Of a stretch of DNA of 48,049 nucleotides, positions 36,401 through 46,375 are shown piece after piece. The stretch's first letter is position 1; the number at the start of each line of letters is the position of its first letter. The stretch is from Catajapyx aquilonaris (taxonomy: Eukaryota): assembly GCA_000934665.2 (NCBI GenBank), contig KZ538776.1:1-48049 (forward strand), written 5' to 3'. A model generated the notes under the pieces. That model did not search any database, was not told where the DNA came from, and saw only the letters and a program-made list of their open reading frames with translations. Made by a program: the position numbers and the translations under genes.

Positions 36401-39400
36401 GTTTTCACTTAGCACTTTGTGATAAGAAGGTGCCACTTGGCACACATGTTCCCTAAGCCTATAGGAGCCCTTTCAGAGTTGGCGGCAACTGATCTGCCCC
36501 TTAGGTCACGGGTTATGCCGTGCTGCCAACCTGGTCCGGGAACCGAAGCTTTTGAACTTTGCACTTTGTGATAAGAAAGTGCCACTTGGCGCATACGTTC
36601 TCTAGGCCTTTAGGAATCATTTTATAGTTGACGGCACCTGATCGGGCCCTCAGGTCAGGAGTTAAGCGGTGTAGCCAAGAATGCCAACCCATGAGGCTCA
36701 AAACATAGAAATGTCCTAAAGGTCGGATAAAACCGCATGAGAATGGCAGAAAATGAGACAGATCCACGCTGCCAGCATTCTGACGATGTATTACGAGGTA
36801 ATGAGGTGACACCTGTCCATAATGGACCCTGAGTGTAGCCAAAACCTGTCAATTGTAGAATTTTCTGGAAACTGGGGTACCGGTATATGCAGTGGCATGA
36901 AATGCTGTTGTTTTTCTTTTGACCTAAGGGACTGATCAGGTGCCGCCAACTATAAAATGATTCCTAAAGGCCTAGAGAACGTATGCGTCAAGTGGCACCT
37001 TCTTATCACAAAGTGCAAAGTTAAAAAGCTTCGGGTCCAGGACCAGGTTGGCATCACCGCATAACTCGTGACCTAAGGGGCCGATCAGGTGCCGCCAACT
37101 CTGAAAGGGCTTCTTTTGGGTAAGGGAACATGTACGCCAAGTGGCACCTTCTTATCACAAAGTGCTAAGTTAAAACGCTTAGGGTCCGAAATATTGCGAC
37201 AAGCAATGAACAAGTACCCGAGTTCGTAAAACCATGTTCCAATATTAGACGCCCTGGTCCAAGGGAGAAGTGACAGGGAGGGGATGTGCTGTGTGCAGTG
37301 CATTGTTGTTTACCAAGGTTATTTTGTGAGCTCCCCGGGTGGTTAGTCCAGCGGAAATCCCACCCAACGCGGAGTCGGAGACGACCCCAAACTCCGCACG
37401 AGTGAAAAGGGGGAATGCCCGGGCTTGGGATCGAACCCGGGGCCCTTACATCCGTGGGCCCATGTGCTACCGCAGCACCACTCCACCTCCCCTGCGTACG
37501 TTACACTTAGAGATACATTATGGTGGCACAAGCGGTGTTCTAAATAAGTAGAGGTGGGTCATTATCAGACCACGAACACGGGCGGTAATATGCGACACAC
37601 CGCTACTGATTTAGAACACCGCATGTGCCACTGGACCGAAGGAATTGGGAAACTCAGCAGTGTACTATATCGCTCAAAAACATAGAGATGATTTTGCATT
37701 TGATTCAAGTGCAGGCTGCACTTGAGTCAAATGCAAAATCGTCTCTATGTTTTTGAGTGTTATAGTACCTATATTCCATGCTCTTCCTTTCATTTGATAT
37801 TCCATGGAACGTAAAACCGCGCTATGTTCGGGGTATGTTGCAAGTGGGGGGTGTACTACTTCCGCTCACTGTACGGCTTCTGCTTGAGCTACGAGCGTCG
37901 AACCACCTGGTATTGGTTCAGTTTCGACGGAACTATTTTTCCTGCACTCTATTCTGCGAATCATAATTGCGAGTTTCGTGCATCATAAATTAGATTTTCG
38001 TTCAACATAGTGTGGTTTTACGTTCCACGGCAGTGTGGAAATCAAAACCACACTATGTTTTTTTGAGCCTCTGCGGGGGGGGGGTCCAACTGTTGCTTGC
38101 CATTCAGTTGTCGTTCAACTGACGGGGATCGGACCACCTGATATCTCGACAGTTTCGCCAAATCTTTCAGGGGATTCCAATATCACGCATGTGCGATCCG
38201 TATTTTCGTTATTATAGGCTTCGTTCAAGTTCGTCAAGTTCGGTAAGGTCTAGATTCGCAAATCTAGAAAATGCAATATAGGGCGGTTTTGATGTTCACG
38301 ATTCAATTATGTAGCCTACATACAGGGTGCGGAAATGTAAAGTACCATTGCTTTGGGAAATGATAGAGGGCATCTAGGCGATCACTTTGAGTATATATGA
38401 AACATGGGTTTCCACCGCATAGTTACCGAGATAATTTGCATTAAATAAAAAGTGCATTATATCATCTTATAGGTTTCAGATACAGCCTACGACACTTCAA
38501 TCGCCCAGGCCATTCCATGCTACACCTAATAGGATCATCAATTAAAAATGAAATTGCATGGTAACACCTTAAATTTCAATTTAAAAGGTTAAGTTGTGCT
38601 GACTGATGTATTTAACCAGGATATTTTATTCCTGGTGTTGGAAGTCCATTATGTCGGTAACTGTACTGCAGAGACCCATGATGCATACACTTAAAATGAT
38701 CGCCTAGAACTCCTCTATCATTTCCCACAGCAACGTTATGTTAAATTTCCGCACCCTGTGTATTGGTGTCACTTATTAACGATACTTTGACAGTTATTTC
38801 AGGTCAAAACATGTTGGCAGATTTAAACAAGAACTACCTCAAAATTTTCCCTGATTTACTACACTATCGCCATATGGTGTCTAATCCTGATGAATATTCA
38901 CGTAGGATCCGAAAGTTCTACTTTGGTAAGAAGGACATTACAAAGGAGACATTTCCTGAGCTGACTAAGGTAACACAGATTGAAATAGAAACAATCAGTA
39001 GTACAGTGGTGGACATTAATCGAGGCATACTGCTAGCAACATTCTCCGAAGCGGCAGAAGAAGGAATCGAAGATAAAGATACTGCAAGCCAGGCGAGCAA
39101 GATTCCTTCTTCTGCCGCTTCAGAAAATGTCGCTGGCAGTATGCCTCGATTTATGTCAGACACTGTCCAAATAATTTTCATGACCTTGTAATTTGTTACA
39201 GTTGTTATCAGACAGTTTCATGAATTTCTGGGGCTACATGAGTATCCGCTATCATCAAGCCGCGTTAGTCAAGTCTCGAGTATATTATTATTTACTCACT
39301 TTCAAGGGTCCATTCAGCCTTGCCACGTTGCCCATACTGGGAGATATTACTCATGACGCAATTGGTTAGTATTTTGACAAAATGCATAATGTTAATTGAT

Positions 39401-40072
39401 TTAAATCATGATGGTTTAACTATTGCAGGTGTTTCCCATGGTGATGATGTGCAGTACTTTTTTGATAAACCATTTGGTATACCAATGTATGATATTGAAG
39501 AAGGCACTTCAGCTGAATTAATGTCAGACAAAATGACAGCATGGTGGATCAACTTTGCTAAATATGGGTAAGGACAACTGTCTGTTCAAACATTGTGATG
39601 GTGATATTGTATGCAATTGATTTTATTGTAGGTTGAAGATATGTTATTCCTTATGAGGATTAATTTTTTTAAAACACACACAAGCATTTTCTCTAGGGGA
39701 CTGTGTAATTGCCTTAGCTAATTTGATATTCAGAAAGTACTCCGGTATTACCACATGTTACACAATGCCTAGCTCAATTTTGACCAAAATGTATCAGATA
39801 GCTGTGCTTATCAGGTCATCATATGTTAGTCTAACATGATTTCTAAGCCACAGAATTAATGTAATATATTTAAAATCTGTTTTAGCAATCCGACTCCTGA
39901 TAGTGGAAAGGAATCACAAGTTATTTGGACTCCCTTGGAAAAGCACCACTTCAATTACTTCAACATGACATTGACACCAAAAATGCAAACAGATTTGTCC
40001 CTTGAACATATAGAATTTTGGAGGCACCTCTATGATGATATGAATGAGTCTAACACCAGGGATGAACTATAA
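22497..40072 (+). CDS. Type-B carboxylesterase (COesterase family), ~571 aa: join(22497..22697,22770..22910,27124..27283,27343..27528,31826..32022,32095..32260,38794..38969,39202..39364,39429..39567,39886..40072)
   Basis: Signal peptide, [63 protein letters not shown] (catalytic Ser), AISQSG, DSEG (Glu), GVSHGDD (His), NFAKYGNP, C-terminal RDEL. All junctions are GT-AG and in phase (1716 nt). AATAAA at 40122-40127. Confidence 0.95.
23773..24061. mobile_element. Palindromic MITE with 8-bp TSD (hAT/P-type)
   Basis: ACACAAAT-CAGCCCCCTGTC ... GACAGGGGGCTG-ACACAAAT. Confidence 0.8.
24090..25475. mobile_element. Relative of the 17279-18083 MITE with a tandemly amplified ~170-195-bp subunit; right end truncated
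   Basis: TTAACCCCTT start; GTACTCTGAAGATAA..ATAACAGCTATACTT..AGAAGTCCCTAAATTAATTT repeated 4 times; inverted arm ends at CCAGACACATTCA. Confidence 0.8.
25076..25314. mobile_element. hAT MITE
   Basis: CAGTGGTTTCCAAC ... GTTGGAAACCACTG with TSD CACTATTC. Confidence 0.9.
25579..26954 (-). mobile_element. Sola-like DNA transposon deletion derivative
   Basis: AATT-GAGGGGTGCTCTTCCATAACG ... CGTTATGGAAGAGCACCCCTC-AATT (4-bp TSD). The internal [29 protein letters not shown] resembles Sola transposase N-termini (from memory). Confidence 0.7.
26063..26510 (-). mobile_element. pogo/Tc2-type MITE nested in the Sola-like element
   Basis: TA-CCGTATTTACTCGCATATAAGACGCAC perfect TIRs, repeated GTGCGTCTTATA, and transposase-start remnant [17 protein letters not shown]. 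Confidence 0.85.
27570..28074. mobile_element. hAT-type MITE with internal 17-bp minisatellite
   Basis: TTTATTAA-CAGTGGC ... GCCACTG-TTTATTAA; (CATAACGTGTGGGGG)-like unit x4. Confidence 0.85.
28273..28580 (-). mobile_element. SINE family A
   Basis: TSD TGGTTAATTTATTA (28259-28272/28581-28594), (ATT)n tail, B box GGTTCGAGTCT. Confidence 0.9.
28830..29600 (-). mobile_element. Tc1/mariner superfamily (rosa/DD41D-like) deletion derivative
   Basis: TA-CAGGGTGCGCCAGAAGTAGTCTAACA TIRs; [36 protein letters not shown]. Confidence 0.85.
29905..30263 (-). mobile_element. SINE family B
   Basis: TSD CAATGTAAGCA(A/G)TAT; intact A/B boxes. Confidence 0.9.
30912..31224. mobile_element. Two abutting miniature palindromic MITEs (30912-31080, 31079-31224)
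   Basis: TA-CAGTGCGGGACATTAATGG..CCATTAATGTCCAGCACTG-TA, then GGTGGAAATTAATGG..CCATTAATTTCCACCTCTG-TA; the two share one TA. Confidence 0.8.
33386..33565. repeat. (TA)n and (ATA)n/(ATC)n microsatellites
   Basis: Directly visible at ~33386-33414 and ~33494-33565. Confidence 0.9.
33609..35280 (+). mobile_element. Decayed Tc1-family transposon with ~200-bp TIRs
   Basis: CACTTGCCCAACACCAAT.. / ..ATTGGTGTTGGGCAAGT long TIRs, ~1.67 kb in total. Frameshifted transposase remnants: [43 protein letters not shown] (cf. WPSQSPDLNPIENLW). Confidence 0.85.
35281..38310. repeat. ~3-kb foldback: ~1.38-kb inverted arms (35281-36658 / 36920-38310) with ~260-bp spacer
   Basis: TAATTGAATCGTGGAAATCAAAACCGC.. 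mirrors ..GCGGTTTTGATGTTCACGATTCAATTA. Mirrored ORF pairs differ at 2/60 and 4/62 aa. Confidence 0.95.
36084..36325 (+). mobile_element. tRNA-derived SINE-like unit (family C, related to B); mirrored at ~37255-37492
   Basis: GGGGAGGTGGAGTGGTGCTGCGG..GGTTCGATCCC head and ACAATGCACTGCAC module shared with family B. Confidence 0.65.
38321..38762. mobile_element. Tc1/mariner-type MITE
   Basis: TA-CAGGGTGCGGAAAT ... ATTTCCGCACCCTG with ~110-bp imperfect TIRs. Confidence 0.8.
39004..39165. mobile_element. Miniature palindromic MITE in esterase intron 7
   Basis: CAGTGGTGGACATTAATCGAGGCATACTGC..GCAGTATGCCTCGATTTATGTCAGACACTG; termini resemble 30914-31078. Confidence 0.8.
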
Positions 40073-40616
40073 TTTTGAAGTTGTCAAAAATTGCGAATTA
40101 AGAATGTTTGAGTGCTGTAGCAATAAAATACTGATGCTAAAACTTTCCTGAATTTGTAAGGGGAGAAGGAGAGAGAGAGGAGACTGGTTATGTAAATATA
40201 GTGATGAAAGGAGCCAGTGAAGAAATTTTAAAAAGCCAAGAGAGGACCTGGGAAATAAACCGTTAATTGTAATATGAGAATGAGTGTCAGAAAAGTCAGG
40301 GTTAGAATGGGCTAATAGTAGTAAGAAAAGAGTGGGACAGAGCAGTACCACGTCTAGTGACTGCCGAAAACACCTCAGTGTCAATGTCAGCCAGGGACGT
40401 TGGAACCATGGGGGCGGTCGCCCCCACTACTTTTTGAGTGGGGGGGGGGCAATGGTTACCATTTGCCCCCGCAGTTTGAAATGGTCACATACATTAATTA
40501 ACCTGTTGAGGGCCAGGTTTTCTTTTCAATTGCAAGCCCCCACAGCCCGAGTTTTTTTTTTCCAAATTCAGGCGATAAAAATGAGTGACCAGACCTTAGT
40601 ATTCTTAGGCAGCTTT

Positions 40617-40925
40617 GTAAGTGCGTTGCCCCAGGTAGGATTTTCCGCCGTGTCCTCACACCAATGCAATGAATTTCAAAGGTGTCGAGTGTGACCAGGG
40701 GCGAACTGTGGTTTGCGGGCGGCCCGGGGGCCGCTATGTAAGTGCGTTGCTCCAGGTAGGATTTTCCGCCGTGTCCTCACACAGCTACAATGCGTTTCAA
40801 TGGTGTCGAGTGTGACCAGGGGCGAACTGTGGTTTGCGGGCGGCCCGGGGGCGGCCCCGGGGCCGCTATGTAAGTGTGTTGCTCCAGGTCGGATTTTTCG
40901 TCGTGTCCTCACACCACTGCAATGA
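40617..40925. repeat. ~120-130-bp GC-rich tandem repeat, ~2.5 copies
   Basis: GTAAGTG(C/T)GTTGC.CCAGGT.GGATTTT at 40617, 40738 and 40870. Confidence 0.9.
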
Positions 40926-41095
40926 CTCATGCCAACACCAATTCCCAGCAGAATTTCTATGGCTGCTGATGAGTTGCAACTATTTTCAGTAACGGTTAGG
41001 GCCTACTTAAATAACAGTTATTGCAAAGTAGCTGTTATTTGTAGTTTTGTACTACCGACGAGGGGAGCGGATCCGCGCTGATAGGGGCCCATCTG

Positions 41096-41498
41096 TAGGG
41101 CTGTGGGATATCCGAAATTACATATCTACTTTCGATACTTAAAAATATCGAATCGAAGTCGATATATCGAAAATCGAAAAACCGACATCGAAAACCGACA
41201 TCGAAAAATATCGAATCGAAGTCGATATATCGAAAATCTAAAAACCGACATCGAAAAGGATCGAAAACCGAATCCAACCGGCATCGAAAAAGATCGAAAA
41301 CCGAATCGAACCGACATCGAAAAAGATCGAAAACCGACATCGAACCGACATCGAAAAATATCGAAAACCGACATCGAACCGACATCGAAAAATCGCGATA
41401 TTCGATACATCGAACATGCCAAGCGTCGGATATCGCGACTTCGATATTAGGAAAATATCGTATCGACAGTCGATATATCGAAATATCGCACAGCCCTA
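41096..41498. mobile_element. hAT MITE composed of ATCGA/CGATA repeats
   Basis: CCCATCTG-TAGGGCTGTG ... CACAGCCCTA-CCCACCTG. Confidence 0.85.
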
Positions 41499-42083
41499 CC
41501 CACCTGATTGGCCGGCTATAGCTTCCAAGATCCTCTCATTCATGGCCGCCTGGGGCATGCCACGTCTGGTAGGGTTTGGACACTCTTTTTTTTACCGCCT
41601 GACGCCAGATATTTTGTCTCTCAGGCAACAGGGGGCAGCAGCATCCATCTTACCTCGCGAATTCGAGCCAATCACGCAGTCCGTGATAGTTGAACTCCCA
41701 ACCACGAGATGGCATGGCAAGAGCAGCTTAAAAGTCATTGGCTCCTTTTAAAATGAGAACAAATGAGCGCACAAGTAGCAAACGGTCATATGACCGCCGT
41801 GGGCCCTGAGGCACGTCTTTCCTCGGCGGTCATATGACTTCCGTGGCCCTCAACAGGTTAAACCCCATTTCCTTTATCTTCTAAAACTAAAAATTTGAAG
41901 AAGAAAAATCGACTCAACCGGATTTGTGAATGCACCATTAGCGACGGGCCTACTCTTGGGCATACTATAGGGGAGAGGGGGCGAGCCGAGGGTTTGAAAC
42001 GGGACTCGTCGGCTACTTCTGTAGGCAGGGATGCCGCGAAGCTTGGATAGGAAGGAAGGCAGTACATGCTATAAAATCATCAC

Positions 42084-42302
42084 GGGCCGAATTCAGAGAG
42101 GTTGCTTAACGTAAACGCGCCCGATTAAATCCTTTAGTTATCCTCGATTAGCAAATTTAAAAGTGCTAACAAGTGCGATTAGGGGGCGTTTAGCGCTAAT
42201 CGCCGTCTTTGTATTAGCAGGTTGATTAAATTTGCTATTCGAGGCTGACTAAAGGATTTAATCGGGCGCGTTTACGTTAAGCAACCTCTCTGAATTCGGC
42301 CC
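42084..42302. mobile_element. Harbinger-like palindromic MITE
   Basis: CAC-GGGCCGAATTCAGAGAGGTTGC ... GCAACCTCTCTGAATTCGGCCC-CAC (3-bp TSD). Confidence 0.85.
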
Positions 42303-43010
42303 CACGAATCCCGTTAAAAGGGGCCCAGCAGTTTTTGTGGAGGCTACTTGAAAGAGAGTCTCTCTCTCAGTTTGGGTGTGAACTCGGGGCTCCTTGTATA
42401 TCGTCGGCGTTCTTCCGTATTCCGTATTGGACATTTTGCATCTGATCGTCCCTAAACACCCCTTGCTCGTACTTCTCCCCCCCCCCTCCCACTCCCACCA
42501 GTCCTCAGTTGCCCCACGCCAGCCATGAATTAGCATACTGGTATGTGTTGTGATGTGAAGTGCATAAGTCATAAGTGCCCAAGAATGAAGAGACAGCGAA
42601 ATACGCTCTTCACCTATACTTTGGAAAGAAACAGGATGGCGATTTAGCCGTCCCCGACTCCCCGTAAATTCCAAAGGCGATTGAAGGTCCGTATTGCATT
42701 GTTTTACAATGTTTTATCGCTTGCCACATTAGTACATTAAATCAACTTCAACTTTCGGATAATGAGAGAGAGAGAGAGATTTCAATTTTCTGCAGAAACA
42801 ATAGGTTCATTCTTTTTGCTGTATGTTGTTTATGTCGGAGTTTTGTAAAACACTGGAACAGTTTTCTGTATAATTTTAAAGTCAAAATACAAGCGACAGA
42901 CAAAAGAGAGGAGGCGGGTAACCTTTCTGTCATTGTCACTAATTAGTAACATCATTAGCTCTTAATTGGTAACACTTACTGTAACATTCACCTAAGTTTG
43001 TGTGACCTTA

Positions 43011-43534
43011 AGCTGGGTTTACATGTGAGCGAAATGATCAGCGATTTGCATCGCCAGCGATGAAATCCTAACGAAAGCAGTGATTTGGGCCGAAAGTAGC
43101 AATCGCGTTTAAGAAGGGAGGGCCTCGGCGATGACATCGCTCAAGGAGATGGCGACGACATCGTCGCTCACTTGTGGCGTATTCGGGTGGCTGTACTGTG
43201 ACGGCGTGTGGTGACAGAAAGGTCCCTTGTTCCACCAAAAACACAGAAGCCGAGTATATTCGCGATACAGGCCGAGGGAGTCTCTTCGCCATTCCAAAAT
43301 TCGAGCCATAAACAACCCGATCGTCTTTTGTCTCCTTCCGATAGTCCTTTGCGCGGGCGATGCTGTTGGCATGCTGTGGCGATGCTGTTGGCATGCCGTG
43401 GCGATGCCCGTCGCCGGCATGTAAACACACGGGCGATGCTTAAGCGCTATCGCTTGAGTCATGACGTCAGAACCGCTACAATGCATCGCCGCGATGCATT
43501 TCGCTGATCATTTCGCTCACATGTAAACCCGCCT
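43011..43534. mobile_element. PIF/Harbinger-like MITE
   Basis: TTA-AGCTGGGTTTACATGTGAGCGAAATGATCAGCG ... CGCTCACATGTAAACCCGCCT-TTA; CATCGC/GCGATG-rich. Confidence 0.85.
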
Positions 43535-44377
43535 TTATACCCCAAAAAAATTTCGCCTGCGGCGGGCTGCTTCTTTGCCCTTCCATCATTCATGAGGGGG
43601 GTGCGTGCATCTATTCCCTGTCGCCCGGGGTGCCTAATTCCGCCTAATCCTCATGCTACGCCCCTGCCGTGTGCTATCATTTCTTTCTCTGCAAAACATA
43701 TGGACATCGTTCCAACTTTGATTTCTCACTTTTCCTCTTGGCGATGCACGGATAATCCGCAACACGGATCAGTGGATGTTCCTCCTTACCAGCGCCCCCC
43801 CCCCCNNNNNNNNNCCCCCCGTGCATTCTGAGTTCTGAGGTTCGCCCCCACAGTTATAAATGACTTCCGACGTCCCTGATGTCAGCTGCATCGGAGCCAA
43901 GAGGCCAGATGTTCAACCATGACATGACCAGAAAAGTTCAAATTACTAAGGAAAGGCCACAGAAGGTGGTTGTGGCAACATCTTGCTACCAGGTAACTTT
44001 ATACTGCTAATGTTAATTTCTCCATATTTTGGCCAAAAGAACAATGCAATGCAAAAAGGACCCAATTGTTATCATTAAAAGTATTAAAATTAAATAACTT
44101 ATACATTACATTTCAGTGAAGGTGCAGTCAAGTTTTCATGTTGCATACCATATATCTTATCACGTTCAGAGCACATTTGCCTACGTCTCTCTCTCATTTG
44201 CCTACTTCTCTGGTGGGTCAGTGGATTGTTCATGATCGGCCTGAATGGTTATGCACTGTTGGAGGTGGTATGAAGGTCCAGCATGGTTCAGCAGACCATT
44301 GGGGGAGTGTCAAGGGGTCATGGAAGTCCTCATGTGGGGGGAGTCACAAGCAATGCCAGGGCTGTGGCAAGTTCGGG

Positions 44378-44691
44378 CTATTTTTCCACAAGATCGGTTC
44401 CATCACCAGTGTCCTCAACTTTGTCATCTCTAACCACCCCATCATGAATCACAGAGAATTCCATCTGTAGCTTGCTATAGACCTGCTTACCTTTAAAGAG
44501 AATGGAGAGTGTCTACCGCTCATACAGAAGGCAGATATTAGTTTAGAAAACCAAGAAAATAAGCATGACCATATCCAAGTCAAAATTGTCACTGTTCACT
44601 GACCAACCTCAGAAGACACCATTGAGAAGGAGAAGAGTACATAGCAGAGGCACAGGAGGAACATGGCAATTGCTAAGGAACGATGCCTCAT
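44378..44691 (-). CDS. Candidate small secreted protein or pseudogene; tentative complement(join(44378..44512,44608..44691)), 72 aa
   Basis: AAAATG start, hydrophobic leader MRHRSLAIAMFLLCLCYVLFSFSMVSSE, GAG|GTTGGT donor, and TATAAAA at 45018-45024 (minus). The downstream exon choice is uncertain. Confidence 0.3.
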
Positions 44692-44708
44692 TTTACCAGT
44701 GCCATACT

Positions 44709-44968
44709 TTAGTGGGGGGTTTAACGTTGGCCTATTTCTGCCGCTAGGCTCAACACTGACGCCAGGGGGTTGTCCTCCTCCTGGAAATTTGGCCACTTTG
44801 GGGATCTTTAGCGTGCACTCGCACAATGTCACAAGCACACGGGACCCCCGACTTTACTTCCCCTTCGAAGGAAGGCGCACTCTCACTTTTCTACCACCCG
44901 GAGAAAAGTCACCGACCTCGGCCTGGTTCGTACCCACACCCAGAGGCGAGGGCGCCAAACACCAGACC
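44709..44968 (-). mobile_element. SINE family D (tRNA-like head, CCTTCGAAGGGGAAGTAAAG..GCACGCTAAAGATCCC core)
   Basis: 14-bp TSD ACCAGTGCCATACT (44695-44708/44969-44982), degenerate B box GGGTACGAACC, ACGTTAAACCCC 3' end. Confidence 0.8.
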
Positions 44969-46375
44969 ACCAGTGCCATACTGCTGCCACATATCCTACA
45001 ACCCCTGAGTTCAAAGGTTTTATATGATGTAGTGTAGAATAGTAGAAATAATGTGTTTGCTTCACTAAATTTCTGGGGCAGCTCACTATTACTTGCCTGA
45101 ATGTCAGTCAATATTGCTGACCACTTCGTGTCCAAATGTTGACTGCTTGTTCCAACTTTCTGGATAGCTGGTTTGTGATGTCCTCTTTGCGGGCATCCAA
45201 CATGGCTCGGATGTCAGAGTTCAACGCCATTGAACTCCCCAATTTTATAGACAGATATTAAAGATGAACTGCTATATTTCACGGTCAGCACAACCTTCCC
45301 TTACAACAACTGGCAGAGAAGATTTGAACCGGCGTGAAACTCGTAGTACGTGTGTCATAATTGCATAATGAATGTATGGTAACAACTTCAGACCTGTGGC
45401 ATCTTTTAGTTGAGCATTTTAATATGCGGATGAAGAAGTTCCAGAATTGGATGGATCAAATGCTCGTAAGCCCTGCCACTGCGTCAAAGTAGATGCCTCG
45501 ACAGGGTTATCTTTTTTTACAGGCAAAGAAAAACAAACTCAGGCAGGTCTGATTAAATTATGCCATGTGAGACACTGACCAAGTAAAGCTTAAGATGGTC
45601 ATGCTGCATAATTCATTGTCCTGTGTCTCGCATGTCATGATTTTAAAACCCGAGGTTGCAGAGAAGCCTTTTCTACATAAGGGTTCACATAATAACTTCA
45701 ACAAATTACAAGAGAGGCTAGGAAGAAACCACTAGTGTACTATTCACCAAATCATGGGGTTTATCATGGGCATTGCCGAGTTACGGATGGTAATTTGGCA
45801 ATATTCCTGAATCCACAACACTTTGCTCACCAGTCGCGTTACCACGGTCCTGTGGCCGCACTGTCTGGGTCCCGGTTTGAGAGCACCGCTACTTATTCGT
45901 TACCACTTGTTTCTAGTTTATAGAGTCTTCGTAATTTATGAAACAGAACCCACTCATTTATCAGTGATTTAATCCACATTGCAATGAAATAATGCTCCGT
46001 TAGTTCTGTACATGATTACGCTTGTTCGAAGACATTGTTTTTGCCGTGCAAATTGGCGGATTCCGCTGTGTTGACACACAAAACCCAGACATGTCATGCC
46101 AGCACCTGGTGGGTTATAATCCAAGAGGGCTGGTCAGTGAAGAAGACTAACCTGATAGGGGGAACCCAGTCTAACCTGACTGTGACGTAATAGGTTCACC
46201 TGAAGCTACAGTCACTGGAAATCTGCCGAAGACACCTCTGGAACCTTCCACTATTCCTGTTTCCAAGGAAATGCCCTCATGCAATAGGAGTAATTACTCC
46301 TACACATCTCGTCAAATGCCTAAGACAACTGGAGACTGTCACAAGATAATTACGACCACGTGTTTTCTGAATGTC

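Larger units (their letters stand above)
40502..41857. mobile_element. piggyBac-like non-autonomous element
   Basis: TTAA-CCTGTTGAGGGCCA ... TGGCCCTCAACAGG-TTAA. Confidence 0.85.
40392..43878. mobile_element. hAT-type non-autonomous element hosting nested insertions
   Basis: ATGTCAGC-CAGGGACGTTGGAA ... TTCCGACGTCCCTG-ATGTCAGC (8-bp TSD). Confidence 0.85.

Noticed and set aside
35358..38217. Three pairs of near-identical ORFs on opposite strands as duplicated genes
   Set aside because: Mirror images produced by the foldback, with no protein-like motifs or splice structure.
41035..41450. Repetitive 98-116-aa ORFs on both strands
   Set aside because: By-products of the stop-poor ATCGA repeat inside a hAT MITE.
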